From: Pseudomonadota bacterium
GTDB taxonomy: Bacteria; Bdellovibrionota; Bdellovibrionia; Bdellovibrionales; JACTMU01
Length of the DNA: 64,000 nt
Reading direction: 5' to 3'
Assembly: GCA_014584465.1 (NCBI GenBank)
Contig: JACTMU010000102.1
Span: 21,896-85,895 of the forward strand
The position numbers were made by a program, and so were the translations under genes. The first letter of the stretch is position 1. The number at the start of each line of letters is the position of its first letter. Positions 47,603-57,404 of the stretch are shown here, in pieces. The notes under the pieces were generated by a model. The model worked only from the letters and a program-made list of their open reading frames with translations, did not search any database and was not told the origin of the DNA.

Positions 47603-49081
47603 TCATCGCCAACCGGAGAGGTGAGCTATGTGGTTCTTGCCCAACCGAACATCCACCACGAGCTTACGAATCTCTTCACCAATCTTAAGCAAATCTGCGC
47701 CCTGTTCAGGATAGATCCTTGTAGCAGTTGCATGAAACTTAGAGGCAAGCTCCAAAAGTCGCTCCCGGAGTTGACGAAGCTCAATCCACTTTTGAGGAAA
47801 TGCATAGTTCTTATAGCGGCTCTTTCGAGTTAGATTGAAATTCTCATGATGGATTCGCTTTGAAGACCCTCGCCAGCGAAGATAGAAGTCGGTCCACGCG
47901 CGAGACTTCTCTCTGCGATAATTTCTTGCATTCAGGGCAAGCTCAACCGATCGAGTTTCTAGCTGACGAATCAAACCGTAGAGTTCTGTTTTCTCCTGCT
48001 GCTGATAGAAAGAGATCTCTTTCCGAAAGTCCGACAGCAGTTGGTCAAAATTTCCATCTCGACGATTGCCCACAAAGAGCGTTCGTCGATCCTTCACTCT
48101 CTGAGTTCTTGCCTCCACGACATACTCCCCATCTCCAAGACCATAGGGACTCAAGTCAATCTCGACAAAACCACCTCCGTTGGACTTCACCCTAAACTCA
48201 CCATAGAAACTCTTATATTTGAGCACCTTTCCCGTGGCAGCCTGAAAGATCAAACGGATCTCTTCTCCATTGAATGCATCGGTTCTCAAAACCAAAAAGT
48301 GGCGCCCTTGTCTTGTTTTTATCTGTTTTACAGTCATGAGGGTGGCGGGAACTAGAGGAGCATGAGCCTCCTTAGGCTGCGCGGTGGGTCTTACTCGCTC
48401 TTCAACTTTAAAACTCTCCTCTTGAAGATCCTCCTCCTGTAGATCCTCTTTTGCACCTCTTTCTTGAACCGTCTGATACCAAGAGAGAAAGGATTCTCTT
48501 AGCTTTTTGTGAAAAAGTAGGCCCATCGACAAACCAAAGATCAACACCACCACCATCGCCAAGGCCCAAAGACGAAAGGTTCGACCACTCATGAATCCTG
48601 TGGCGACCGTTCCCGTCTCAGCAGTAGGATCCTCAGAGAAGGACGTTGTGTTTTTCGATGCACTCTTAGAGTTCTCGTAATCAGAGGATTTTCTTTCTGT
48701 CGATCTTTCATCTCGATCTATCTGTAGTTCGAACTCCTCTTCCTCTTCTTCCCCTTGTCCGAGAATCTCCTTCCAATCAACGCGACTTTGCACAAGAATC
48801 TCTTTGAGCATCTCCTCTGCGGAGGGAAATTCAAACTTCGAGTTTGAAGGCGGCAGAACCGTCTCCTCTCTCTTTTTCAACTCAAACTCTGGGCGGTCTC
48901 CTATGCGCTCCCACTTGGACCACCCGTCCGTCCAAATGAAATCGGAGTAGGTGATTTCACCAACTTGAATCAGCTCCAGAACCTTCTCTAGCGTATAAGG
49001 GCCTTCCTGCAGGAACTTTGCTTCCGAATCCACAACTCTTTTAAGGACGATCCACTTAGGATCCTGGTTGGTTTGATCCAT
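47603..49081 (-). CDS. GYF_2 (DUF4339)-like domain membrane protein, hypothetical
   Basis: N-terminal WIVLKRV...EGPYTLEKVLELIQVGEITYSDFIWTDGWSKWERIGDRPEF. An acidic linker, one TM (LWALAMVVVLIFGLSMGLLF), and a large C-terminal domain of unknown function. Confidence 0.55.
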   Translation of the reverse strand: MDQTNQDPKWIVLKRVVDSEAKFLQEGPYTLEKVLELIQVGEITYSDFIWTDGWSKWERIGDRPEFELKKREETVLPPSNSKFEFPSAEEMLKEILVQSRVDWKEILGQGEEEEEEFELQIDRDERSTERKSSDYENSKSASKNTTSFSEDPTAETGTVATGFMSGRTFRLWALAMVVVLIFGLSMGLLFHKKLRESFLSWYQTVQERGAKEDLQEEDLQEESFKVEERVRPTAQPKEAHAPLVPATLMTVKQIKTRQGRHFLVLRTDAFNGEEIRLIFQAATGKVLKYKSFYGEFRVKSNGGGFVEIDLSPYGLGDGEYVVEARTQRVKDRRTLFVGNRRDGNFDQLLSDFRKEISFYQQQEKTELYGLIRQLETRSVELALNARNYRREKSRAWTDFYLRWRGSSKRIHHENFNLTRKSRYKNYAFPQKWIELRQLRERLLELASKFHATATRIYPEQGADLLKIGEEIRKLVVDVRLGKNHIAHLSGWR

Positions 49082-49089
49082 GCGAACTC

Positions 49090-50709
49090 TTACAACCGCT
49101 CTGCTCGACTCTTCGTCAGTGATGGGAGTGACCCAATATGAATGATGATCATCTTATAGAATTCATCAAAACTCTCTTCCAACGGATCACGTTTGAGAAA
49201 GAGCAGAAGATCCTGTCGTGAGAGTGTCCCAGCGCGGTGGTAATGGTAGAACTGCTCTCCAAGCATTGCGCCCAAGATCCGAGCTGCTTCAATGTAGCTG
49301 GTCACACGCTTTACCTTGGGCATTTGAACTCGGGAGGCTCGCCCCTGAATCCAACTCACCTCCACCATCTTTTGTGCCAACGCAAGCATGAGGGGTTCGC
49401 GCCCCTGATCGCGTGGATGAGTCACCGAAAGTCGAGCCTTCAGGTCATAGAGCGTATCTGCAGAACGCCTGTTGTTGATCAATTTGGTTAGAAAAAAAGA
49501 GAGTGCCTGAAACCAAATGAGAGGCGTAAAATCGTGAGGCAACCTCCAAAGTGGTCGTCTCTTTTTCGACAAGCAACTGAGGAAGTACTCTCCTGCAACT
49601 TGCGCCACGTGATTGACCGTTGGCTGAGCCAAATAACCAACTCCTGTGCCTACAATGAGAAAGCTTTGCCCCGTACGTACAAGATACTTTGCAACGACCC
49701 TCTGCAGGTCGGATAGGTGATGCGCAAGCACCTGAGAAAGGGACTCGTCCAGTGGACCGTAGATCTCAATGTCATCACCACGAACATCGACCCCAAAATC
49801 TCGCGCCAGCATGCGGACATAAGCATGAACTCGCTCTGTGCCATCCACAAGAAAGCTCTCCTCGTCGAAGTCTTCATCATAGTTCTGTTCCAAATAGGTA
49901 AGATAGCTCTGCCACTTCACCCAAGGTGGAGCTCCCAATACGCAGTATGAGTGTTTCCCGACTCGGACCACATCGATGTGAGCCTCAAGATCCCTCTTGG
50001 AGAGTTCAAAATAGATCCGCTCTGAGTTTTGAAAGATGGTCACCTCATTGTATTGGAAGGACTTAACTCTTTCTCGCGTGGCTTTTGGCAAGTGTGAGGA
50101 GGCCAAATGCAGATCACCATAAATCACATAGATGAGCATCCCTTGGTGCTTTTTAAGCAATTTTGAGACGATCTGTCCGGCATGATGATCTCTTCGTAGA
50201 AGATTCTTTGCCGTTCGACGCGAGGTGATGAGATTGAGCCCAACGACCTTCATCCTGCGACTTCGCGCAAGCTCAAAGATGGGTCGATAGTTTTCCCAAG
50301 GAAACCCCCACCTCTCCTTCCACCGAATGCGTTGAAGAAATCTCTTTTCACTCATCTTTCCAGACATAAAGGAGTCCAGCAGAGCTTGGTCCTTCGATTC
50401 AACACATTCAAGTCCCAGAAGGACCTCGCGGTCTCTGGGCAAACTTCGCAAAATTCGAAGGTGGGTCCGTTGAGCCTGTGAAAAGGCATGAAAGTCTCCG
50501 CCATAGACAAGCTGAGCACCCATGATCGCACTGATGAGCTCCTCTTTGCTGCTCTCGACCCATCGCTTTCGAAACTCTCTCTTGTAGGCTGAGGCATACT
50601 CTTTCAAGTCCGATGGTTCAACTCCGAGACGAGCTCCCACCTGTCTCTTCACCTGCTCTAAAATCTCACGACGTGTGACCATCCATTCGTACTGAGCCAA
50701 CAGCAACAC
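49090..50709 (-). CDS. ChaN/Tiki-superfamily-like protein (DUF399-like N-terminal domain), hypothetical
   Basis: LVYGGDFHAFSQAQRTHLRILRSL...VLLGLECVESKDQALLDSF...WGFPWENYRPIFELARSRRMKVVGLN matches the GExH...lglE...Q...W..Y layout. Start is GTG at 50709 or ATG at 50682. Confidence 0.5.
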   Translation of the reverse strand: MLLLAQYEWMVTRREILEQVKRQVGARLGVEPSDLKEYASAYKREFRKRWVESSKEELISAIMGAQLVYGGDFHAFSQAQRTHLRILRSLPRDREVLLGLECVESKDQALLDSFMSGKMSEKRFLQRIRWKERWGFPWENYRPIFELARSRRMKVVGLNLITSRRTAKNLLRRDHHAGQIVSKLLKKHQGMLIYVIYGDLHLASSHLPKATRERVKSFQYNEVTIFQNSERIYFELSKRDLEAHIDVVRVGKHSYCVLGAPPWVKWQSYLTYLEQNYDEDFDEESFLVDGTERVHAYVRMLARDFGVDVRGDDIEIYGPLDESLSQVLAHHLSDLQRVVAKYLVRTGQSFLIVGTGVGYLAQPTVNHVAQVAGEYFLSCLSKKRRPLWRLPHDFTPLIWFQALSFFLTKLINNRRSADTLYDLKARLSVTHPRDQGREPLMLALAQKMVEVSWIQGRASRVQMPKVKRVTSYIEAARILGAMLGEQFYHYHRAGTLSRQDLLLFLKRDPLEESFDEFYKMIIIHIGSLPSLTKSRAERL

Positions 50710-50867
50710 CTACCGTTTCGAGCCCATCTCATGCTCCGAGCTATACCACAAATAATGCACTCCGGCACAGATCCTCAAGATCGCGTTTGATCCTGAGCTT
50801 CAATCCTACTATGTCTCTGGTTTCACGGACAATCGCAGGTGAGCGTCAAGGAAGATATTCATTCAAA

Positions 50868-50963
50868 GGTCGGGGAATGAAGGAATCGACCCGAAAACAG
50901 GTCGAGGAATAAAGGAATCGACCCGAAAACAGGTCGAGGAATAAAGGAATCGACCCGAAAACA
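50868..50963. repeat. Three contiguous 32-bp tandem repeats, each with an internal 6-bp hairpin
   Basis: Unit GGTCGAGGAATAAAGGAATCGACCCGAAAACA at 50900-50931 and 50932-50963 (identical). A variant, ggtcggggaatgaaggaatcgacccgaaaaca, is at 50868-50899, and a partial fourth (gatcgag) follows. Confidence 0.9.
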
Positions 50964-51040
50964 GATCGAGCAAAAACTTTGATTCGGCCCCACCAGATCG
51001 TTAAGATAGGGGGTTGTTCGGCAATGGAGGTATGTGATTT

Positions 51041-52243
51041 ATGACCCTTTCGGAAAAACAGAAGAGAACCTCTTATCTCGTCGTAGGAGCACTCCTACTC
51101 TCAGTGGTTCTTCATAGCTATCTGGCCTATCAACACTACAACCTCTACTTCTCATTGAGCCCAACGAGCAGCATCTGCAATGTGAACGCCATTTTCGACT
51201 GCGACTCGGTCAACGTAAGCCCCTATTCCAAGTTGTTGGGGTTTCCTCTGGCTCTTTGGGGAGCCGTAACCAACGCCATCTTGTTGATCATGTTTCTCAT
51301 GTACTGGCTCAGCCTTGAAAAGGATCTCCTCCTCGGTCGAATGGTGAAACTCCTGAGCGTCGGGGTTTTTGGAGCCTCTTTGGTGATGGGGATCATCTCA
51401 GTCACATCTATGTCGGTCTATTGCCTCTTTTGCATCGGGGCCTACATCCTGTCGATCGTTCAGCTCTACGCCATCTTCAGAACTGTGCCCGGATCGTGGC
51501 TCTCTCACTTGGTGGGCGACGTTCAACTCTGGCTTACGAAGAACCGGGGTGCCCTGGGCTGCTGGTTGGCAATTCCCTTGGTTGTTTGGCTTGTGGATGC
51601 AATGGCATGGAGAAGTTTCGGCAAACGCATTACGGCCAATATTGAAGAGTCAGTTCATTTCTGGGAACGTGGCCGCGTGCTCCAGATGGACACCACAGGT
51701 GCACTCAAGAGAGGCGACGAGGGTGGCGCCATGCAGATCGTCGAGTTTGCCGATTTTCTCTGCCCCCACTGCATGATGGCCTCCAAGAGCGTGAAGCTCT
51801 TTCTTAAATCGCATCCCGATGTCGGTTACCAATTTCTTGTTTTTCCTCTGGATGGAAGCTGCAATCCCGAAATGTCACGCAGTGTGGAGCTACCTTGTGA
51901 ATTGGCCAAGGCCACTTTGTGCGCAAGTGGCATGGGTCGAGGTTGGGAATTTCACGACTCATTTTTTGAACAACAATCCAATCTTAGGTCGATGGAATCT
52001 GTTCAAGAGGCCATTGCGAAATTGGTTCAGACCCATGGTCTCAATGAGGAAGAACTTCGAACTTGCATGATGGGAGAAGAGGTCCTCACAACCATCCGCC
52101 GCCAAACCAAAGAGGCAACTCTGGCGGGCCTTCAAGGAACACCCTTTTTTGTGATCAATGGCAAAGTTCTTTCGGCCCACCATCTTCTACCAACGCTTGA
52201 TGCCGTTTATAGAAGCATAACGACAAAGCCCTATAGTCCGTAA
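51041..52243 (+). CDS. VKOR-DsbA/thioredoxin-fold fusion disulfide oxidoreductase
   Basis: VKOR loop cysteines ICNVNAIFDCDSV. CxxC in a TM helix (VYCLFCIGAY). C-terminal Trx-fold CPHC (FADFLCPHC). Confidence 0.85.
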   Translation: MTLSEKQKRTSYLVVGALLLSVVLHSYLAYQHYNLYFSLSPTSSICNVNAIFDCDSVNVSPYSKLLGFPLALWGAVTNAILLIMFLMYWLSLEKDLLLGRMVKLLSVGVFGASLVMGIISVTSMSVYCLFCIGAYILSIVQLYAIFRTVPGSWLSHLVGDVQLWLTKNRGALGCWLAIPLVVWLVDAMAWRSFGKRITANIEESVHFWERGRVLQMDTTGALKRGDEGGAMQIVEFADFLCPHCMMASKSVKLFLKSHPDVGYQFLVFPLDGSCNPEMSRSVELPCELAKATLCASGMGRGWEFHDSFFEQQSNLRSMESVQEAIAKLVQTHGLNEEELRTCMMGEEVLTTIRRQTKEATLAGLQGTPFFVINGKVLSAHHLLPTLDAVYRSITTKPYSP

Positions 52244-52259
52244 CGAAAAAAAGAGTGTA

Positions 52260-52292
52260 TAAATAGTGGCTGGCAATGCTCACCCCTATTTG
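52260..52292. repeat. REP-like remnant (TAAATA-GTGGCTGGCA-atgctca-CCCC-TATTTG)
   Basis: Combines the TAAATA-GTGGCTGGC terminus of the B-type element with a CCCC|TATTT junction like the copy C right end. Lies between convergent genes. Confidence 0.5.
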
Positions 52293-52540
52293 ACTTTCAA
52301 TTCTGATTCATTAGCTGCGATGAATTTTCTCAAATCGTCCACACGATCTAGAAGTCTCTCCCACTGCTCCTTGTAAAGAGTCACAGGAAATCTTCCCATC
52401 CCGTAGACAGAGACAGCCCCCTTTTGACTCACCTTGAATGTGATCTCGCCGCCTCGCCCCTTCTTTGATTTCAAGGCCTCATTCTCATTTCTCAACCGTT
52501 CCAGTTCTTCTCTCAACTGTTGTTCATTTGCTCCTGCCAT
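52286..52540 (-). CDS. Small hypothetical protein (84 aa; coiled-coil N-terminus + beta-rich core)
   Basis: MAGANEQQLREELERLRNENEALKSKKGRGGEITFKVSQKGAVSVYGMGRFPVTLYKEQWERLL. An RBS-like AAGGAAAG precedes the ATG at 52540. Confidence 0.5.
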   Translation of the reverse strand: MAGANEQQLREELERLRNENEALKSKKGRGGEITFKVSQKGAVSVYGMGRFPVTLYKEQWERLLDRVDDLRKFIAANESELKVK

Positions 52541-52684
52541 GGCACACTCACTTTCCTTCAAGACGTTGAACATGCTAACTCATAGAATATGACATAGAGA
52601 TATCTATAGAACAACCACCTGATGGAAGAGCCTCGTGCGAATCTAGACCGTAGCCCAGTGCCACTGGAATCCTTAACGCAACCT

Positions 52685-54016
52685 TTATAAATCTAGATGA
52701 TCCAAAAGATCATCGACGCAGACCTCAATTCTCTGCACGTACGAGGGGCGCCTCAACAAATCTTGAAAACTTAGCGGAACCTCCACTCTTCGCCCTAAGA
52801 TCTCATCGACAACTTCAAATTTTGCAGGATGAGCTGTGGCCACTGCAATGGCCGATCCTTCAATGGCCATCTTTTGACTTGCAAAGAGAGCCGTGGCCGT
52901 GTGAGGACAGATTGCGATCTGATATCTTTGATCGATCTCTTTCATTGTTTTTCGAATCTCTTCATCGTGGACACTGCAAGCCCTCACTCTCTTTCGCACC
53001 ATCTCTTCATCGAAATCAAAGAGCGCCAAGAGTCGCTCCCAGTTGCTTGGATGCCCAACATCCATCGCATTGGCCAAAGTGGAAAGGGCTCTTCGAGGTT
53101 GCCAACTCTGACCAGAGAGAAAGTCCACCAATATGGAATTTTCATTTGTGGAAATCACAACTTCTTGAATGGGAAAACCCATCTTCTGTGCATAAAACGC
53201 CGCAACAGCATGTCCCATGTTGCCCGTCGGGACAATCCAAGTTGGCATCGTTTGATGATCCAGATAGTGGTAGATGCTAAAGAGAGCAAAGTAGGTTATC
53301 TGCGGAAGAAGTCGCCCAATGTTGATGCTGTTGGCTGATGCGGCTCCAAGCAGTGCGCAGAGCTCTGGCTGTGAGAAGATCTCCTTCACCATCCTCTGGC
53401 AATCATCGAATGTGCCATTGACGGCAAAGCTCTTCACATTCTCTCCCCAGCAGGTGAGCTGCTTCTCCTGCCTCTGAGAGACTCGACCCTCGGGATAGAG
53501 CAGGATCACGCGAAAGTTTCTCTTTCTCCAAAAAGCCGCAGCGACCGCACCTCCTGTATCTCCCGAGGTCGCAACCAAGATCGAACGATGCTTCAGTGTC
53601 GATCGCTGCGAAATCACCGACAGGGACTCACTTAAGAATCTTGCTCCAAAATCCTTAAAGGCAAAGGTGGGTCCATGAAAGAGCTCAAGAAGCCCCAACT
53701 GTTCACCAAGAGTCCTCACAAGAACCGGAAAGGTGAAGGCCCTTTGACAAATCTCCTTGAGTTGATTTTCAAGCTGATCTCCTGCAAAAAATGGTGCAAG
53801 AACGAACAAACTGTCGGTGCTAAAGAGCCTCGTCAGTGGAAGATCTTTCCAATTGATCTTCGGAACTCTCTTTGGAATGAAAAGCCCGGAGTCAGACGCA
53901 AGCCCCCTTTCAAGCGCTTCACTCAATGAAACCTCTTCGTTACGATTTCGAGTGCTGACATATCTCACAAAATCCTGGCCCCTTCTCCTGAAATCTTTGA
54001 AATCCACCCACGGCAA
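52685..54016 (-). CDS. thrC: Threonine synthase
   Basis: YVSTRN...SLSEALERGLASDSGLFIP. PLP lysine region GPTFAFKDFGARF, and SGDTGGA. The ORF-track start overlaps thrB by 52 nt, so the true start may be downstream. Confidence 0.9.
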   Translation of the reverse strand: MPWVDFKDFRRRGQDFVRYVSTRNRNEEVSLSEALERGLASDSGLFIPKRVPKINWKDLPLTRLFSTDSLFVLAPFFAGDQLENQLKEICQRAFTFPVLVRTLGEQLGLLELFHGPTFAFKDFGARFLSESLSVISQRSTLKHRSILVATSGDTGGAVAAAFWRKRNFRVILLYPEGRVSQRQEKQLTCWGENVKSFAVNGTFDDCQRMVKEIFSQPELCALLGAASANSINIGRLLPQITYFALFSIYHYLDHQTMPTWIVPTGNMGHAVAAFYAQKMGFPIQEVVISTNENSILVDFLSGQSWQPRRALSTLANAMDVGHPSNWERLLALFDFDEEMVRKRVRACSVHDEEIRKTMKEIDQRYQIAICPHTATALFASQKMAIEGSAIAVATAHPAKFEVVDEILGRRVEVPLSFQDLLRRPSYVQRIEVCVDDLLDHLDL

Positions 54017-54915
54017 TCGACTTGACGATCTTTGAACGCCGTCATCATGGCCCGCTGAATCTCTTCAGCACTCTGTGGCAGATCGGTCCAAGCAAACAGT
54101 GTTGGTCCACTCCCCGAAATGGAACAGCAGATTGCACCCGCATCCAAAGCCCGCCCTTGAACCTCAGCAAAACCGTCAATCAAGTGGGCTCGTTGAGGTT
54201 CAATCAACTCATCTTTCATGAACTCTTTTAAGAGGGCTTTATCTTTTTTGAACAATGCATAGAGAGAGGCGGCAAGATGACCTGTTTGCGCAACATACTG
54301 AGACAGGGAGAGATGGGGCTGAAGGATTTGACGTGCAACACGGGTCTCCACCTTGATCTTAGGGTGAACCAAAACGGTCCAAAGATCCTCAGGCAGAGGT
54401 AGTTCAAAATTTTTGCCTTTAGGATGAATCAATCGCAACCCTCCCAAAAGGGAGGGGACCACATTGTCACCATGAGCCGACCCACAGGCTACAGACTCCC
54501 CAAAGAGCGCATAGGGGACCACCTCCTCTTTACATAGCGGCACCTTTAAAAACGCATTGGCAACCATCGCTCCAGCCACTGCAGAGGCCCCTGACCCACC
54601 CAGACCCGAAGCCAAAGGAATTCCCTTTTGGATCGTCAATCGAAGACCAAAGTCGGCCCTTTGATCCTCAAGGAGCTTCAATGCGGCAGCCCCTGCAGAG
54701 TTGAGATGAGCCTTTGTGGGAAGCAAAGCTCCATCTACTCCTTCAATGGCTTCGATCACCACTTGCGGAAATCGCGCATCAGATTTAGGATCGATCTTCG
54801 TTGCCTGAACTCGATCGCCCAAACACTCAACGGCAAACCCCATGATGTCAAATCCAACGATCGCGTTGCCAACAGATGCAGGTGCCCATGCCACAATGGA
54901 TTTCGAATCTCTCAT
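53965..54915 (-). CDS. thrB: Homoserine kinase (GHMP family)
   Basis: APASVGNAIVGFD. GHMP motif IPLASGLGGSGASAVAG, and ISGSGPT. Confidence 0.9.
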   Translation of the reverse strand: MRDSKSIVAWAPASVGNAIVGFDIMGFAVECLGDRVQATKIDPKSDARFPQVVIEAIEGVDGALLPTKAHLNSAGAAALKLLEDQRADFGLRLTIQKGIPLASGLGGSGASAVAGAMVANAFLKVPLCKEEVVPYALFGESVACGSAHGDNVVPSLLGGLRLIHPKGKNFELPLPEDLWTVLVHPKIKVETRVARQILQPHLSLSQYVAQTGHLAASLYALFKKDKALLKEFMKDELIEPQRAHLIDGFAEVQGRALDAGAICCSISGSGPTLFAWTDLPQSAEEIQRAMMTAFKDRQVDCRGWISKISGEGARIL

Positions 54916-57404
54916 AAAGACCCACTTAAAATCGAAGAGAGGCGCAACAGATCCGCAAAGACTCCTCCTGCTGTGACCTCGGGTCCTGCACCAGGCCCTT
55001 GCACAATCAAGGGCTGATCCAAATAGCGATCAGTCGTAAAGGAGATGATGTTGTCACTCCGGTTCAATCGTGAAAATGGATGAGAAAGTGGGAAAGATTT
55101 AAGTCTGACCGATGCAGTTCCATCCATCTCGACCGTCCCGACAAAGCGTAAGACCTCTCCACTTCGTTGAGCCCTTTGAAATAGATCCAAGAATTTTCTA
55201 TCTTCACCGTGCATTTGCTCCAAAAATTTTTCAACTGTCAGGTGATCATACTCCTTGGGATAGAGTCTCTCCACCTCCACCGCGTCCAAATGAAGTGGGA
55301 GCCCCATTTCACGTCCCAAAATGGTGAGTTTTCGAGCCACATCCATTCCCGATAGGTCATCTCGTGGATCAGGCTCAGTAAACCCCCTCTGTTTTGCCTG
55401 TGCAACAAGTGCAGAAAAGGGGGTGGATCCATCAAACTCATTGAAAAGAAAGGAGAGCGTGCCGGACAAAACTCCCTCAATCCGATGAATTCGATCGCCC
55501 GTCTCCATAAGATCGTGCAGCGTTGTAATGACAGGAAGCCCAGCTCCGACGGTCGTTTCAAAGAGACAGTGAACACGGTGAGAACGACCCATTTCTCTGA
55601 TCTTTTTGTAATTTTCAAAATTTCCCGAGTGAGCTTTTTTATTTGGGGTGACAATGTGAAGCCCACGCTCCAGCCACTCGACATAAAACGATGCAATTTC
55701 GTCAGAAGCGGTACAATCCACGAGTACTGAGTGTGGCAAATGGTCGGAATGAATATGTTCCACAAAGGATTTCAGGTCCACCTTCTCGCCCTTTTGCTGA
55801 AAATCTCGCTCACGGATCGGCAGCAGTATTCGTGTCTCCTCAAGCCACATGCTCTTTGAGTTCATGATCCCACGAACTCGCATGTCGATATGATAGTCAC
55901 GTCTGAGGCGGTCGGCCTCGGCCGCAATTTGACTTATAAGAGTAGACCCAATGCCTCCAAATCCGATCAGCCCAATCGAAAGGGTCCTCGGCGCCAAATA
56001 GAATCTCGAGTGAGCCGCTCGCAATGCCACCGAAGAGCGTTTACGATCGATCACCACCGAAATGTTTCTCTCCGATGAACCTTGAGCGATGGCTCGAATG
56101 TTCACATTGGCCTTTGCCAAAGCAGAGAAAAATTTTGCACTGACTCCGGGTTCACTGACCATGTTGTCTCCCACGGCCGAAAGGATGGAAGCATCCTGAA
56201 CCCAATCCACCTTGTGGACAAGACCGTGACTGAGCTCAAAAAAGAACTCTTTCTCTGCCGCCTGCCGAGCCCTCTGCCCTTGTGCAGATCGAACGACAAA
56301 AGAGATCGAGTGTTCCGAACTGGCCTGAGAGATCATGATCACAGAGACCCCAGCACTCTTAAGTGCCCCAAAGAGACGTTGGGCAATCCCCGGTACACCT
56401 AGCATCCCGGCGCCCTCGACGGTGATGAGATCCACCCCATCGATCGTAGAAAAACCCTTGACGGCCTGCCCCCCTTGCCGAGAAGTGGACTTCTTCCAAA
56501 TCCGCGAGCCCCGGTGCCGTGAAAAGGTGTTACGAATCCAGATCGGTATTTCATCTTGAATCAATGGAACCATGGTGCTCGGATGAAGAACCTTGGCTCC
56601 AAAAAATGCAAGTTCCATGGCCTCGTCATAGGAGAGTTCATCGAGAACGATCGCCTCCTGCACTTTATTTGGATCCCCACTCATCACTCCATCGACGTCG
56701 GTCCAAATGGTCATCTGGGAGGCTTTAAGCAGTCTCCCAAAGATCGCTGCTGAAAAATCACTCCCATTCCTCCCTAGGGTCGTGGGATGCCCATTCTCAT
56801 CGGACGCCACAAAGCCGGTGGCCACGATGATCGAATGGCCTCTCCCATACTGATTCAGCCATTTTTTTAGCTCTTCTGTGGATCGATCCCAATCCACCAC
56901 CGCCCCAGATTCCCCCTCTTTCACAAAGAGGACCTGACGAGCATCCAACCAGATTGCCGAACGCTTCATCGAGTCCAAATAGAGTGCCACAAGGGGGGCA
57001 GACCAAAGCTCTCCGTAACCACTGACCAATTCTGAAGTAGCCTTAGAAACACTCTTGGTCACAAAGAGACCTCGCAAAACATCTTTCAAATCTTTAAGAC
57101 CTGTCTCCACTAGAACTGCAAATTGGGCCAGTTGAGCTTCACCCAAAAGCGTTCGTGCAGCCCCTAGGTACCGTTCTCCAATGCGGAGAAGATTCTCCTC
57201 ATATTGTGGGTTCTTTTGGGCCGCCTGTTCCACCACCGACAAGAGGGCATCTGTGATTCCTGCCATCGCCGAGACCACCACGAGCTGAAGTTCATAGTTT
57301 TGCTCAGAAAGAATTTCACCGACCCGCTTGACTGCCGAGGAATCCGCCAAGCTTGTTCCACCAAACTTGTCGACCATCCATTGTCGCTTCATAGGATTCT
57401 CCAT
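54912..57404 (-). CDS. thrA: Bifunctional aspartokinase / homoserine dehydrogenase
   Basis: AK N-terminus VDKFGGTSL, VVSAMAGITD, GRNGSDFSAA. ACT pair. HSDH half: GLIGFGGIGSTL, VDCTAS, VTPNKK. The probable start is ATG 57392 (GGAGAA RBS); the ORF-track start is 57404. Confidence 0.92.
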   Translation of the reverse strand: MENPMKRQWMVDKFGGTSLADSSAVKRVGEILSEQNYELQLVVVSAMAGITDALLSVVEQAAQKNPQYEENLLRIGERYLGAARTLLGEAQLAQFAVLVETGLKDLKDVLRGLFVTKSVSKATSELVSGYGELWSAPLVALYLDSMKRSAIWLDARQVLFVKEGESGAVVDWDRSTEELKKWLNQYGRGHSIIVATGFVASDENGHPTTLGRNGSDFSAAIFGRLLKASQMTIWTDVDGVMSGDPNKVQEAIVLDELSYDEAMELAFFGAKVLHPSTMVPLIQDEIPIWIRNTFSRHRGSRIWKKSTSRQGGQAVKGFSTIDGVDLITVEGAGMLGVPGIAQRLFGALKSAGVSVIMISQASSEHSISFVVRSAQGQRARQAAEKEFFFELSHGLVHKVDWVQDASILSAVGDNMVSEPGVSAKFFSALAKANVNIRAIAQGSSERNISVVIDRKRSSVALRAAHSRFYLAPRTLSIGLIGFGGIGSTLISQIAAEADRLRRDYHIDMRVRGIMNSKSMWLEETRILLPIRERDFQQKGEKVDLKSFVEHIHSDHLPHSVLVDCTASDEIASFYVEWLERGLHIVTPNKKAHSGNFENYKKIREMGRSHRVHCLFETTVGAGLPVITTLHDLMETGDRIHRIEGVLSGTLSFLFNEFDGSTPFSALVAQAKQRGFTEPDPRDDLSGMDVARKLTILGREMGLPLHLDAVEVERLYPKEYDHLTVEKFLEQMHGEDRKFLDLFQRAQRSGEVLRFVGTVEMDGTASVRLKSFPLSHPFSRLNRSDNIISFTTDRYLDQPLIVQGPGAGPEVTAGGVFADLLRLSSILSGSL

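Noticed and set aside
50868-50963. Considered a mini-CRISPR array because of regularly spaced hairpin-containing repeats.
   Set aside because: The units are directly contiguous (32-bp period) with no unique spacers. There are no cas genes in the window, and the array sits in a divergent promoter. It is a tandem repeat, not CRISPR.
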